Below, piece after piece: positions 48,341 through 61,373 of a DNA stretch of 64,000 bases; the stretch's first letter is position 1, and each line of letters starts with the position of its first letter. The DNA is from Fimicolochytrium jonesii (lineage: Eukaryota), in the NCBI RefSeq assembly GCF_025526975.1, contig NW_026515688.1, forward strand, positions 248,001 through 312,000, written 5' to 3'. Under the pieces are notes generated by a model. It did no database searches. It saw only the letters and a program-made list of their open reading frames with translations, and was not told the origin of the DNA. A program made the translations under genes and the position numbers.

Positions 48341-51300
48341 ATGTCAGTCAGTCCGGACAACACCGTCCTGAAGAGTGGGCTGGACCGTGGGCTCGCGAGG
48401 GTGCAAGCCTTGTTTCTACGATGTCGCGCATTGCTGTTTCCAGACGCCCAGTCGCGATTTTTAGCGCCTTCCAAGCATAAGCGGAAAATTTTCGTCAACA
48501 TACCTATACCTCCGGAGGAAGTTCATTGCGCGTCTCCGACGGACTTTACGACCCACTTCCAGGGCAATGAGATTCGTTCCGCAAAATATACTCCGTTGAC
48601 GTTTATTCCCAGAAATTTGTTGGAGCAGTTCAGAAGACTGGCCAACGTGTAAGTGCGTCTAGGAGCTCATCCTCTGATACGTCTTGCTCAATATCTCTTC
48701 TAATTCTTCCCCTACCACAGGTACTTCCTCTTGATGGTCATCATGCAAGCCATGCCGCAGTTTTCCATCGCATCACCGATCCTGGCGGCGATGCCTCTTA
48801 TTGTAATCATGGGGATCACGGGGATCAAAGACGGCTTCGAAGACTGGAAGCGGCATCAATCCGACAACGAGATCAACAATCTAAAAACGCTGACGCTCGC
48901 AAACTGGCAAAACGTCCACTCGATCCACGACAAGGCAGGATGGTTGGACAGATTTCGCAGCCGCAGTTGTAAGTGGTGGCCATTCCGTGCGTCTCCGTCT
49001 CGCAAAATCGAGCCCGACCGTAAGATCGAGACGCCTGATACCGGTGGCTTTTATGATACAGATGATACTTCCCAAACAAGTAAAGATCCCCGTATTTTGG
49101 CAAAACTAGAATCATCGAGAGCTTCCACTCAGACCAGTCTCGATTCAGTAGTGCAGAAACAACAGGACGTAGGCGTACTGCCAACCGCGGACATAGTGAA
49201 CGTTGCCGAAGACGGATGGGCAAAGACTGCGTGGCGAAACCTGAAAGTGGGGGATTTTGTGATGTTGAAATCCGACGACCGAGTGCCAGCCGACATCCTC
49301 ATCCTGTCCACCAGCGATTTCAACAACATCAGCTTCGTAGAGACGAAGAGCCTAGATGGTGAAACGAACCTCAAATGCTGCGAGGCGCTGAAAGGACTCC
49401 CACGGATGAACACCGCCGAAGAATGCCGGAATTTCAAAACGATCATAGAGTCGGAGCCACCAACGCTGAACCTCTATTCATTCAGCGGAACCTTGCTTTG
49501 GCGGCGGAAGGACGCGAGCGGCTTGAAACCGGACGACCAGCACTACCTCCCGATCAACATTCAAAACGTCCTACTGCGTGGTTCGATTCTCCGCAACACC
49601 GAATGGATTATCGGAATGGTGTTATTCACTGGAAAAGACTCCAAAGTGGTTCTGAACGCCGGCCTCACTCCATCGAAGCGGTCCCTCATCGAAAAGCAGA
49701 TGAACCCGCAGGTCGCGCTCAACTTCCTGCTGTTGATTGTCATGTGCATCATCATTGCGGTCATGGATAGCAATTACGCGTCAAAGTGGTCAAGTACTGT
49801 CAGTAAGGAAATCCCGTGGGTACTCACGAAGAAACATGCCGCAACGGCACTGTATACGTTCTTTACTAGCATGATCATGCTGCAGAATGTTGTGCCGATC
49901 TCGCTGTACATTACCATCGAGGGTGTGAAGACCCTTCAGGTACGTCTCACTCCTATCCTATGTGACATGTGACGGATGTGACAACGACTGAGACACTGAC
50001 GGAATGTCCTTTCATAGGCGTATTTCATCCACAGCGACGTTGACATGTACCACGAGGAAATCGACAAGCCCTGCGTACCCCGAGCATGGAACCTGTCCGA
50101 CGATCTCGGTCAGATCGAGTACATCTTCTCCGACAAAACGGGCACGCTAACGCAGAACAAGATGGAGTATATCCGCTGCAGTATAGCGGGAACCGTTTAT
50201 GGAGAAGGGTACACGGACGTAACAGCCGACAACGAGGGAATCGATCTCAAAACGCGCGCAGAGCGGACGGTGGAGATGGGAGTGCAGATGAAGGCGAATT
50301 TAAAGAAAGTCTGGGACAACCCGTTCCTGTCGGAGGAGCTCACTTTTCTGGACAAACAGATATGCCAGGATTTTCTGGAAGATCCCGAGAAGCGAAACAA
50401 CATTGAGATGTTTTTTACACTTCTTGCCGTGTGCCACACCGTTCTGTCGCCGAAGGTTCCGATCGATCTTGCCAACCCGCATTCTGTCATCTATAACGCT
50501 CAATCGCCTGATGAGCAGGCGCTGGTTGCCGGCGCGAAGGACTTCGGGATCGTGTACCAATCGCGCACGCAGGACAGCATCACAATCTTGGTACATGGCA
50601 AGCCATTCACATTTAAAGTCCTGAACGTGATTGAGTTCACGTCAACGCGGAAACGGATGTCCGTCATTGTACAGGCCGTCGAGGAGCCACACACCATCTA
50701 CCTATTCAGCAAAGGCGCCGACAGCGTGATATACGAACGGCTAGCCCCCGGCCAAATCGCCGTCGAAAAGACAACATTAGGCCATCTAGAAACCTTCGCA
50801 AACGAAGGTCTCCGCACCCTCGTCCTTGCCTACCGCATCCTATCCCCCGCCGAATTCAGCGCATGGAACGCCCGCTGGCAACAAGCCGCCTGCGCCCTGC
50901 ACAACCGCGACACGGAGCTCGAAAACGTCGCCGAGCTCATCGAGGTCAACCTTACCCTCATCGGTGCCACCGCCATCGAGGACAAGCTCCAAGACGACGT
51001 CCCCGAGTGCGTATCCCTCCTCCGACAAGCGGGTATTAAGCTCTGGGTGCTCACGGGCGATAAGCTCGAGACAGCCATCAACATCTCCTTCGCAGCCAAT
51101 TTGTTGTCCGAGGACCAAACGTTGCTCGTCCTCCGCGCCCACTCCGCCTCAACGATCATGCAGCAATTACGCGAGACGTATGCGGAATTACAGGCGGGGA
51201 AACATGAGGTTGCGATGATTATCGATGGGGAGTCGTTACGGCATGCATTGGCGAGCGATGAGGCGAGGGCGCTGTTGTTGGAGGTGGGGACGCGGTGTGT

Positions 51301-53344
51301 GACGGTGGTGTGTTGTCGGGTTAGTCCGAAGCAGAAGGCGGAGGTTGTGAGGTTGGTGAAGCATGGGAAGAGGGCGATGTGTGCGGCTATTGGGGATGGG
51401 GCGAATGATGTCAGGTGGGTAGGGTTTCGCGCGTGTCGGGATCAAGTAGCAAAACGTCTCATGTTTCCTTGTCGATGTCATCTAGTATGATCCAGGAAGC
51501 CAACATCGGCATCGGCATTTCCGGGCTGGAAGGGCTGCAGGCTGTGCTTGCCGCCGATTACGCGTTTGGCCAATTCAGGTTCCTGTCAAAACTTGTGTTG
51601 GTTCATGGGAGATGGAGTTACTATCGCACTTCGGTATGTATTCTGTTTGATGGGCTTTCAAGAAGAATGAACCCTCGCTGAATTCCTATTTTACAGGAAA
51701 TGATCTTTAACTTCTTCTACAAGAACATGACATGGGTGTTTGCACTGTTCTGGTATCAGATCTTTTGCGGGTAAGCATACGCGTTCTCAAAAGTATTGCG
51801 CAATCTCAAGTGCTAACGTGAAAGATCGGCCCATCCAGCTTCAGCGGCCGCATTCTCTATGATTATACATATCTGATGTTCTTCAACCTGATTTTCACGT
51901 CGCTTCCTTGCATGGTACTTGGTAAGCAGCCCTTCGGTTGGCAGTCTCCGTTCCCGTCGACAGAGCCTCATCCTCCTCGGCAGGTATCTTCGACCAAGAC
52001 GTCGACGCCAAAAACGCCGTCTCCATCCCACCCCTCTACGCCCCCGGAATCAAACGCACGCTCTTCACCATCAAACGCTTCGTCTTCACCGTCATCTCCG
52101 CACTATACCAGTCCGCCGTCTGCTTCTTCATCCCCTACATCGCGATGCCCCCAGAATGGAGCACGCTGCAGCTTGGCTCGCTGGTCGCGCTGTGTGTGAT
52201 CGTGACCGTCAACCTCGGAGTCGTGTGCTCCGTGAAACACTGGACGTGGATCGTGTTTGCGGTGGTCATATTGAGTATCGGCAGTTTCGTTGTTTATGTC
52301 CCGATATACGCCGTGTTTCCGAAGAGTCAGGCTGCGGGGACATTACTCGGCACGTATGGGAACCCGGCATTCTGGGCTTGTCTGTTCCTGACCGTCGTGG
52401 TTTCGCTTGGACCGCGGTTCGCGTGCGGAGCGTACCAGAGTATGAAGGCGCATCCGTCTGACCTGCAGATCATCCGTGAGCGGCAGAACCAGCAACTGGG
52501 CGTGCCACCGCGGGTCGTCAGAGTCGGCAAGAACGAAGAGGTGATGCTTGTGGAAGAGAACCTCGTCGGACGGAGAGTGTCGTTGATGAAATCAAAGAGT
52601 TCGCTCTCTCTGGCAATAGCGGATTCTGCTATTGCGAGTCCAACGGGGAAACCTACATCCCCGCATGGGCCGCAATCACCAGTGCTCAGTAAGGTGCTAA
52701 GTACAACGTTCTCCATGCATTCCAAACCACCGACGGAGATCCTTCTGGAAGAGCCGGAAGGCGAGCAGACCGCCGAATGGGGGGAACAAATGCAGCGGTC
52801 AAAATCGGACACGTACGTCCCGCAACAAAACAGCTTCACGGCATCAACGGTCGTGCAACCACATGTCCCCGGTGCCCGACCCGCTCGCCCAATATCGTCG
52901 GAAGCGAAAGGCTCAACCGTGCATTTCGCACCGTCCACCTACAAGTCCAGTGAAGGCTTCGACACGATCGAAGACGGCGACTCGGCAGCCCCGCACCCCG
53001 TGCGTACCAACCGCTTCAGCAACCGCTCCGCACCCGTGCAGCGGCTCACCCTCAATACCACCAGCCATACCCTCCTACCCGGCGCCGGCGGTGGAGTGTC
53101 ACCATACACGCCGGTCCTGACAGGCCGCACATCCCTCCACTTCCTCGACTCTGGGGCCGTGTCTACCAACACGGGTTTCGCGTTTGCGTTTGATGACCAT
53201 CCGCATGCGTCCATGATGCATACGCGGTCGCCGTCGGTTGATGCCCGGGAGGACGGTGCGAGTAGCTCGACAGGGAGTCTGCCGAGGGTGCCGAGGCATG
53301 CAAGTATGGATGAACTGAGGACGAAGCCGAAAGGGTTCAGATGA
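48341..53344 (+). CDS. P4-ATPase phospholipid flippase (Dnf1/Dnf2-like), multi-exon
   Basis: [103 protein letters not shown] and FFYKN. Confidence 0.95.
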
Positions 53345-53967
53345 GGGACGTCGCGAGTGTTGGATCCTACAAGCCGGACGATACCGAGACAGATAGACTT
53401 CCGGTTCCCCCTTCCGCCTGTCGGCTGCATCTTCCGACAAATTACCTGCCGCTTTTGCGTCCCCACTGTCTCGTAAAAACCCCCGCTCCAACAACACACC
53501 AACAACACACCAAACCACGCCCGCAACCAACCAATTTTGTGCTTCCATTTACATCATCTGTGTGCCATCTACGCGTGTCAGCGTCACCAGTCTTTCTGTA
53601 TCTCTTTTTTTGAATACCTCGTACTGTACTGTATGTAGAAATTGTTTTTGTTCAACACGCCGCTTTAAGTTTTCGCTCTGGAGATATTCGTGCGTCGGAG
53701 GGAGAAGCACGCGTGCGTCACCGCCTGATGAGTCAAACGCGCCCCCCACACGGCGTCACATGCAAAGAGCGAGCGGAGGGGCTCTCCGGTAATTATCCAA
53801 CGCTCTCGTAGAGTCATAACGTCAACGTCAGGTCCTTCAGGTTCCTCTGTGCCCCCACGACCTTGCTTTCTCACAGCACAGCAAACACAGATCCCGCAAC
53901 AAACTCAATACCCTTACGACTAACTGCACCCAGCCGGGCGATACCCCCACTACGACCACCCACTTCG

Positions 53968-55978
53968 ATGCCCGGCAAGTTCACCCAGGTCTTGCTCGAC
54001 CAGGTCAAGAGGGCTTCCTTGCAACCACAGACTCCCGTGTCCCTCAAGCAGTTTGTCGAGTTTGGTATGTTTCGAGCAGGGATGAAGAAGTTCCCATTTT
54101 CCACGAGCGGGAATATCGAGGGGAGGTGGTCGCCACCGAAGCGAGAAGTGCTTGAGGGGTTCCGAGCGGCGCCGTGGCGCCATGCGAGCCATGCGAGCCG
54201 CGAGCGAAGCGAGCGTGGATGTTGTACTGCAACGAGCGAAGCGAGGTGCAGGGTTGGTTCGGTCTGGGAGACCGATAGGTCGACCAGCGAGAACGCTTTC
54301 TGGTTTGCGATGGGAGCCCGAGCGATAGCGAGCGCGACCATCGCAAACGCCTTCGCGAGCGACAGCGAGCGTTACATCTTCGTGAGCGAAGCGAGCTGCG
54401 ACTGAAGGGAGCGATCTGGTTCTGTTCAAGGCAACCTCGCTGCGCGAGTTTTCAATGATCTCATTGACGGTTGATGGTTGATGGTTGTTGATGAAGGGAT
54501 GATGGTTGATGGCTTAATGGCTGATGGTTGACGGTCGTCCTGGAGAAGGATCACCAGCATCAAGGCGAAGAAGGACGCGCTCTAACCTTCCTCCATGGTT
54601 CTCACAGGTCACCGGCCATCGCCCGTCACAATCTTACGGGGCAATCAGTTCGTGCACCATGAGTTACCCGTACGATTAGCCCACCGTGTGGTCGAACTAG
54701 AAACGTTACCGCATGGTCTTTCCGATATGCCCAGCATAAGACGCGTCAAGGACTGGTACACCCAAAGTTTCGAGGACTTGGCCAACCTGCCTACACCAGA
54801 CAAGTATGGAGTGCCTCTGAAAGCACTTCAAGCGATGAAAACTTCCGATGGAGGAACACAGCAGAAAGGTATGTATGGGAATGGATGACACGGAAGTCGC
54901 GGGGCCCTCTATCAAGACTTTAACATTTGATGGCTTCATTCCCACAAGGGCTCAAGTACTTCAACCCGAGTACGAATGGAAAGGATATGCCAGAGCTTGA
55001 GGCATGGAACGCGGACTTTATAAAATGCATAGAAGCGATAAAGCGGCGACATGACCCAACTGTGAAAACCATAGGTAACGATTCTGCACTTCCCGCCAGC
55101 AGTCTATACTCCAAAGCCTGACATCCTATACGACTCTTCTTTCCACAGCCGAAGGTGTATTGGAGTTGAAGCAACACTGGGCGCGTGCAAACTCACCGAT
55201 GGCCAAAAACACCTCCGGATCTCCCCTCCCACTGCCCATCGCCATCCAATCCTTCCTCGACCGTTTCTACATGTCCCGAATAGGCATCCGCATGCTCATC
55301 GGACAAACCGTAACCCTCTACCGGTCCTCGAAAGAACGAAAAGAACAAGACGACTACGTAGGCATCATCTGCACGAAAACAAACCTCGGCAAGATCGCCT
55401 GGGAAGCCGCACAGGATGCCCGGACGATATGCCAGGACTACTACGGGTGCTGGGGCGGGCCTGAGATCAAGCTGGTCGGAAAAACGGACGTTGAGTTTAT
55501 GTATGTGCCCTCGCACCTGCACCACATGCTGTTTGAGCTGTTGAAGAACTCGTTGAGGGCGGTGGTGGAGACGTATGGCGTGGATGCGGACTCGTGGCCG
55601 GAGATCAAAATTGTGGTGGCGGAGGGGAAGGAGGATATTACGATTAAGATTAGTGATGAGGGTGGGGGCATTCCGAGGAGTGGGATGCCGCTGATTTGGA
55701 CGTATATGTATACTACGGCGGAAAATCCGCTGCTCGATACGGACGGCGGAGGAGATTTCAGAGCACCGTTAGCAGGGTAAGTTTCGACATTTTCCGTCAG
55801 ATTTATTCCACCCACCAATGCCGCACATTTCTCCAGATACGGATACGGCCTCCCCATCACGCGGTTATACGCCCGCTACTTTGGCGGAGACCTAAGACTG
55901 ACCAGCATGGAGGGCTACGGGACGGACGCATACCTACATCTCTCGCGTCTCAGCGACAGTGAAGAGCCTCTACAGTGA
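53968..55978 (+). CDS. PDK: Mitochondrial alpha-ketoacid (pyruvate) dehydrogenase kinase, PDK/BCKDK family, multi-exon
   Basis: [13 protein letters not shown]|, [59 protein letters not shown] and SMEGYGTD. Confidence 0.92.
54464..54534. repeat. Degenerate (TTGATGG)n heptamer microsatellite in PDK intron 1
   Basis: ttgacgg ttgatgg ttgatgg ttg ttgatga aggg atgatgg ttgatgg c ttaatgg ctgatgg ttgacgg. Confidence 0.8.
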
Positions 55979-56521
55979 GACATTACCTTAGATGTCCCCT
56001 TTCCCACGACCGAGGTCCGTGGGTGAGGGTACGCTGGGACAAGTGTTTTTCTGCGCTTTGACCTCGCCCATCCGTTCCTTTCTTGATGTTTATGCTCTTG
56101 GATCCCCTTCTTGATGCATATTTCCTGTACATTTGCATTGACATATACCATATCGCAAACCCCAGTCTGTGGTCTTTGAAATTTGTTCAACGGGCTCTGG
56201 TTCTCTTGGCTCTCTTACGCTTGGTGGTCCGAATCCTGTCTGCAACCTCCGTCAAAAAGTCATCCTCATCGCGTCGATGAACATGTCTCAAACAGCAGCA
56301 ATCAACCACAGCCAAACCAGCTCAGAGCCGCACACATGCATGATAAGATAGGTTGTATAAACCAAATCATGAGAATAACAATATACAAGTACAAAAGGCC
56401 GAGAGGGAAAGTGGGATGGCCGAGGAGAAAGGAGGGATATATAAGGGCGAAGTAGGGACTAGTTGCCCTGGAGGAAGTAGTCACGGGCAAGTAGGGAGAG
56501 GAGAGAGTGAAAAGAAGGTAA

Positions 56522-57609
56522 CTATTCGTCCTCGCCGATCTTGGGAGCGAGGTAGTATCTAGGTGGCAAGGGGAAAGTAAGCGATGAGTTAGAGATCGGA
56601 AAACAATTGCATATGAGTGTACCGATGGAATGCAACCTCGACCCAAATCCCTTCGATTCCAAAAACTCACCTTATGTACCCGACCTCGCTAACCTTGTAC
56701 TCAACAAGCAGCGGTACCTCCGGGCTAAGGTTGAGGCTGACGGTATCCGACAAGGGGGTCGCTTTTGTGAAGTTGGTGAGGTACTTGAGGGAGAAGGTCA
56801 GCGAGACCGACTGGTTTAGCTCAATGGTCGTCGTGGCTGCGTCGTCGTCGACCGAGGCGCCTTGCTTGACGCGGACAGAGCCGGACCCGATTTCGCCTGC
56901 TGCGGAGAATTTCACGCCTTCCTTGTCGACTTCGATTGTGACTGTGCGAGGAGGGCATTTGCGGTGAATGATTGGGACGGTGGGGACCGAGAATTATAGC
57001 GAAAGACCAACGATTTCAAAACTTACCAGACTCGCTCAGGACAAAGAGATCTCGGCAAATGCGTTGGAACTCGGCGGAAGACATCTTTACAACAGCGTCG
57101 TACGCAGTGTCGGGGATACCCAAGTGCTCGGAATCAATGTCCATCAACTTGAGGTCGTACTCGCTGACCCTGTCGACGTCTGGTAAATGGGAAGAGTGTG
57201 AGGTGATCAGTCGTTGAATAACCAATAACAGAAGACAAAACTGATCGCCCTCGGTTTGCTCGAACTCCGTCACACTCTTCCAAAACTTACTAGGGCTCTC
57301 AAACACCAACTGAAGCAAATCTCCATTCTCCTCGCTCTTGATAGTCAACGTATCATCATTTCCAGCACTCCTCAAAACCTTGGACAAGCTCGCAAGCGAG
57401 ATCCCCAGGGAGTGGTTCCTGTCACACCGAAAGTGTTCGAACCCTTGCGCACGGAGCATGAGGGCGACGAGAGCTACGTGGGAGTTGTCCATGGCTTGTA
57501 GGGCGATCCCCGAGTCGTTGCAGTCGAAGTTTGCATCGGTGACGAGTTCCTTGATGGCATCGAGGAGCTTCTTGAGGATGGATGCGTGGGAGAGGCGGGC
57601 TTCGAGCAT
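56522..57609 (-). CDS. PCNA: Proliferating cell nuclear antigen, 4 exons
   Basis: [62 protein letters not shown] and [11 protein letters not shown]. Confidence 0.97.
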
Positions 57610-57932
57610 GTTTGGTTTGCTGTGTTGGTTTGCTGTGTGGGGGTTTGGTTTCGGGAGTGATGTGTGGGTGACCCTGGGTGCGTAATCGCTTTGGCTGTTA
57701 GCGTTAGCTGATGGAGGACGATGGACGGTGGGGGGGCAACCTTTTTATGCAGCGGGAGGGGGAAGGGAGTGTGAAAGAAGGCGAAAATCCGGACAAGGGA
57801 GGGAAGCCCAGATGTCCGATTGCTGAAATGCCAGCGGGTTGAACGCCGTCGGGGTGACTTTTGGAGGCAGGTGGCGCGGCATTCCATTTCGGCTCGCCCT
57901 GACTCACAAATGTCCGAATTCCTTTGTCCGAA

Positions 57933-57949
57933 ACGCGTTCGTCACGCGT
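57933..57949. promoter_or_regulatory. Tandem MCB boxes (ACGCGT x2) in the PCNA/CCDC13 divergent promoter
   Basis: ACGCGT at 57933-57938 and 57944-57949, ~330 bp upstream of the PCNA ATG. MCBs are the known G1/S elements of yeast POL30. Confidence 0.55.
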
Positions 57950-58164
57950 CTCAGAGAAAACTCCGTCGGTTGCATGGAGGGAGGTTCGACGGTTATTGAC
58001 AGGCAGATAGCGGCCCGCCTTCTTACGGCTTACGGTTTTCGGGCTTTTCCTTTTCAATGATGCTAGTCCTGAAGACACCGTCTGTAATTCCAACCCTTCC
58101 TGCCCTGTCGCAATTAAAACCTTCAAAGTCGAGCCACACACCGTCAAAGATCACCGCCAAGCCG

Positions 58165-61100
58165 ATGGTCCATACTACCCGACTCGCAGACCTCCTTTCC
58201 GACAATTCTTCAGACGATGAGGATGAGGGCAGTTTCAGAGATGTTTCGGGGTCAAAACGCCATGATGGGGCGGCTATGGCTGCCGAAGATATGGGCTTGA
58301 ATTTGGACGACGATCTGGAGACGGCGATTTTCAATGATGCAAAGACCGTCGAGGTGGGAGACTCATGTGCCCACTCCCGTTACCGGTCGTATCATTGACG
58401 CTCAATTTTGGATCCATATAGTTATTGCCCAAAAGATCTTACCAAACTGGGAAGCGGAAAGCAGGGGAGATCAAGCGGAAGGTCTGGTTGGGAGGGGAAT
58501 CATATTCCAGACCAGAACATGGAAAGATCTGATGCGAATCCGTTCATCCAGATTCCTCTGCCATCGCAAGCAGCTTCCAGCACAAACCAGCCTCAAGCCG
58601 AGTGGAAGCTCATCCAGCGGATCGCCGAGCTCGAGAAGCAAAACTCGCAGCTCTTGGCGAGCATGCAGAGTAAATCCGAGGAACTGAAAGCATTGCGGCA
58701 GGAAGCGCTTGGTATGGCACCGAAGCTTCCCGATGTTTGTCACAGTTGGTTCGAGATTCTCACAAACATTACGCTCAGAACAGAATGCTGGTTCCTTGGG
58801 CGAGTTGCTGTCTGATGGGTCAGGCAGAATCGGGGCACCCCAGGCCAAGATCATCGAATTGGCGAAAAAGGTTGGTTGTTGACATTGAGAGAATCGGCAA
58901 TATTGGCTTTGATTGGGCTCTAAGGACCTTTTGTGCCCGTAGGCTCGCCGCCTGACAATTGCAGTGGAAAAAGAGCGAAGTTTGAACGCCACTCTTTCAA
59001 GCAAACTGCATGTACGCTAGATGAGAATACACATTCGAAGAATCAAGTGATCATTGGAACTCAGTACTACATTATTGAACGCAGGAGCTACAAACACGGC
59101 AAGCAAATACATCACGCACGAAAACGGAGGCAGAGTCGATAGCGGAAAGCGCCGCCCAAGCAGCAAATGCAGAATTAAAGAGCGTGAAAGAGAAGTTGGG
59201 ACAGGTATGTCCCATGCCGCCGCCTTGGAGTTGTAGTTCTCAGGAAAGCGAGCTCATATTCTGCGGTTTCCCCTATAGATCAACCGCAAGTATGAGGATG
59301 AGCGCATACAGAACCAAAATCTCAAGGTCGAAATGCGCCAGATGCGGAGAGCCTTAGTCAAAGAAATCGGTGATGATGTGTCCCCAGACAAGGTGTGTAA
59401 TGCGCCATAGTGTTCATTGAATTCTTTGCAAACTCGGCGCATGGATCACTAATCCACCGCATCTTCTCATTGCCTCGTATATCCCTGCGATAGTAGATCT
59501 TCGACCAGGGGTCTGGCTGGAAAGGTCGAGCGCAACAGATCATCACCCTGAAGGTACCTATATATCGTTTGCCAAGTCCCATCCTTTCACCTGCCCAACA
59601 TAACCCAAACACCACATTCCTTGAAGGCGCGAATCCAAGACCTGACCCGCCAAAACGAGGCCCAACGGACACGACAAAAAGAGAAGCCTACCGAAACCAG
59701 GACCGACACCGCAGGAGACGACGCAGCCTTCGACCGAAACAACTCAGAGGCGCGCATCGGGGTAGATCCGTTCGACGAAAGCCATCGCACGTCTATACGC
59801 CGGATTGAAAGTGATCGGAAACATGCGTTGAATAAAATGACTGTTGAATTGGAGGTACTAGGTTCCTTTTTTTTACGAGGTTCGGTCGTGCCCACGAGGA
59901 AACGGGCATCCGTGCTCATGATTTGGATATTCTCGTCCGACACATAGGCACTCCGAAAAGAGCACGTAGAGGTGCGTCGGAAGCACGACGCTGTCCTGGC
60001 CAGGAATCGGTATGACCTTCCCATCCGTTTCTCACGTCGAATGCAGTGCCACCCTTCCTCATGCGCCATATCACATCAGCTTACTCGAAAAGGACATGCA
60101 AGACCTGAAACAAAAGCTCATCACCGTCGTGCAAAAGGGCGGGGCGGACGATAAGCTTGTTCAGGCTTTGCAGAATGAGGTGGCGAAGTTGAAGGGCAAG
60201 GTCTGTTTTCTTCTGCGCCTTCAGATGAAAAGCAGCGGCTCGAACTTATGTTTACTTACCGGCAATAGCTACATGTGATGCATGCGCGGGCTATGGAGGC
60301 GCAGGACGAGAGTGGTCATGCTTCTCCGCGGTCAAGGACTAGCTCTAATCAGGTGAGGCAAAGAGAAAAAAGACAGATGCACATCCTAGTTCTCTTCCCC
60401 TGATACCTTCGGATGTCCGCATTGGCTTCCTCCGTCCAGCATCACCTACCAGACAATCGGCTTAACAGCATCCCATCACGACCATGCTCAAATCACGCAC
60501 CAAGTCCACCGGCGCGATCAGTGTCTCTCTCGGGTCCTGGTAAATCCCATGATATTCTTCCTTTGTCCGTCCTGAACGATATCTCACGCATGCAAACACA
60601 ACGTTATCCGCCAGCCAACGACGTGCAAACAATGGGTCTCCAATCCCAACTCCGATCCCTCGCGGTCGAAAACCAACGCTTGAAAGAGCTGCGGCAGGTC
60701 CTGGAAGCCGATTTGCAGGCGGCGGATCAGAAGACCCTGGCATTGGGTGCGTAGATCATATGTGATTCTGCTGCCTGTTCCAACTTGAGTATTATGGACT
60801 GATGATATCCTGTTTGGTTCACTTGCGTGATAGCGACGGACCTGAAACGCGAACGCCAGCGGGTTAGTAAGATCCCCGTCGCCTCACATGGAGCTGTTCA
60901 GTCTAATGGCGGAGGCGGGGCGAATGCGGATGAGAGCAAGGTAAGGTCAAACCTATTTGGCGACGAGCGAGGTTGGGTTTGTAGATTCTTCATGATGGGG
61001 TTTCTGACGTGTACTTCGCGCATGGAATCACAACAACACCAGATTGGAAGACTAGAATCCGACATTGAGTTACTGGTGGACGAACAAGAAGCTTTGAAAA

Positions 61101-61373
61101 GTAAGCTTGGGCGCAAACGTGCATCTTCAATGTCTTTCCTTCTGACAACCTGTCTTCCTTCTCCATTTGCCTTTCCCTTCCACACTCTCTGATCACATCT
61201 CCGTCTTATGCGATTCTCTTCATCCAGCTACCCTCAGAGACACTCTCGCACGCACGCAAAAGGAGATCGGCATCTTCAGCGACCTCCTCGCGCAGACGCG
61301 GGAAGCGTATCGGGTGGATCTGGAGAGAATTGTTAAACATGTTCAGCGATTGTCTACAACGACGAATGGGTGA
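58165..61373 (+). CDS. CCDC13: CCDC13-like coiled-coil (centriolar satellite/ciliogenesis) protein, many exons
   Basis: KIIELAKK|ARRLTIAVEKER, RRALVKEIGDDV and GSGWKGRAQQIITLKARIQDL match the CCDC13 'KIVELSKK...REVGED...WRGRAQQI' motifs. Extensive heptad repeats. Confidence 0.75.

Noticed and set aside
53724..53740. CTGATGAGTC in the PDK promoter (hammerhead core or AP-1/Gcn4 site)
   Set aside because: No matching GAAA or stems for a ribozyme, and a single TGAGTCA heptamer is expected by chance in 64 kb.
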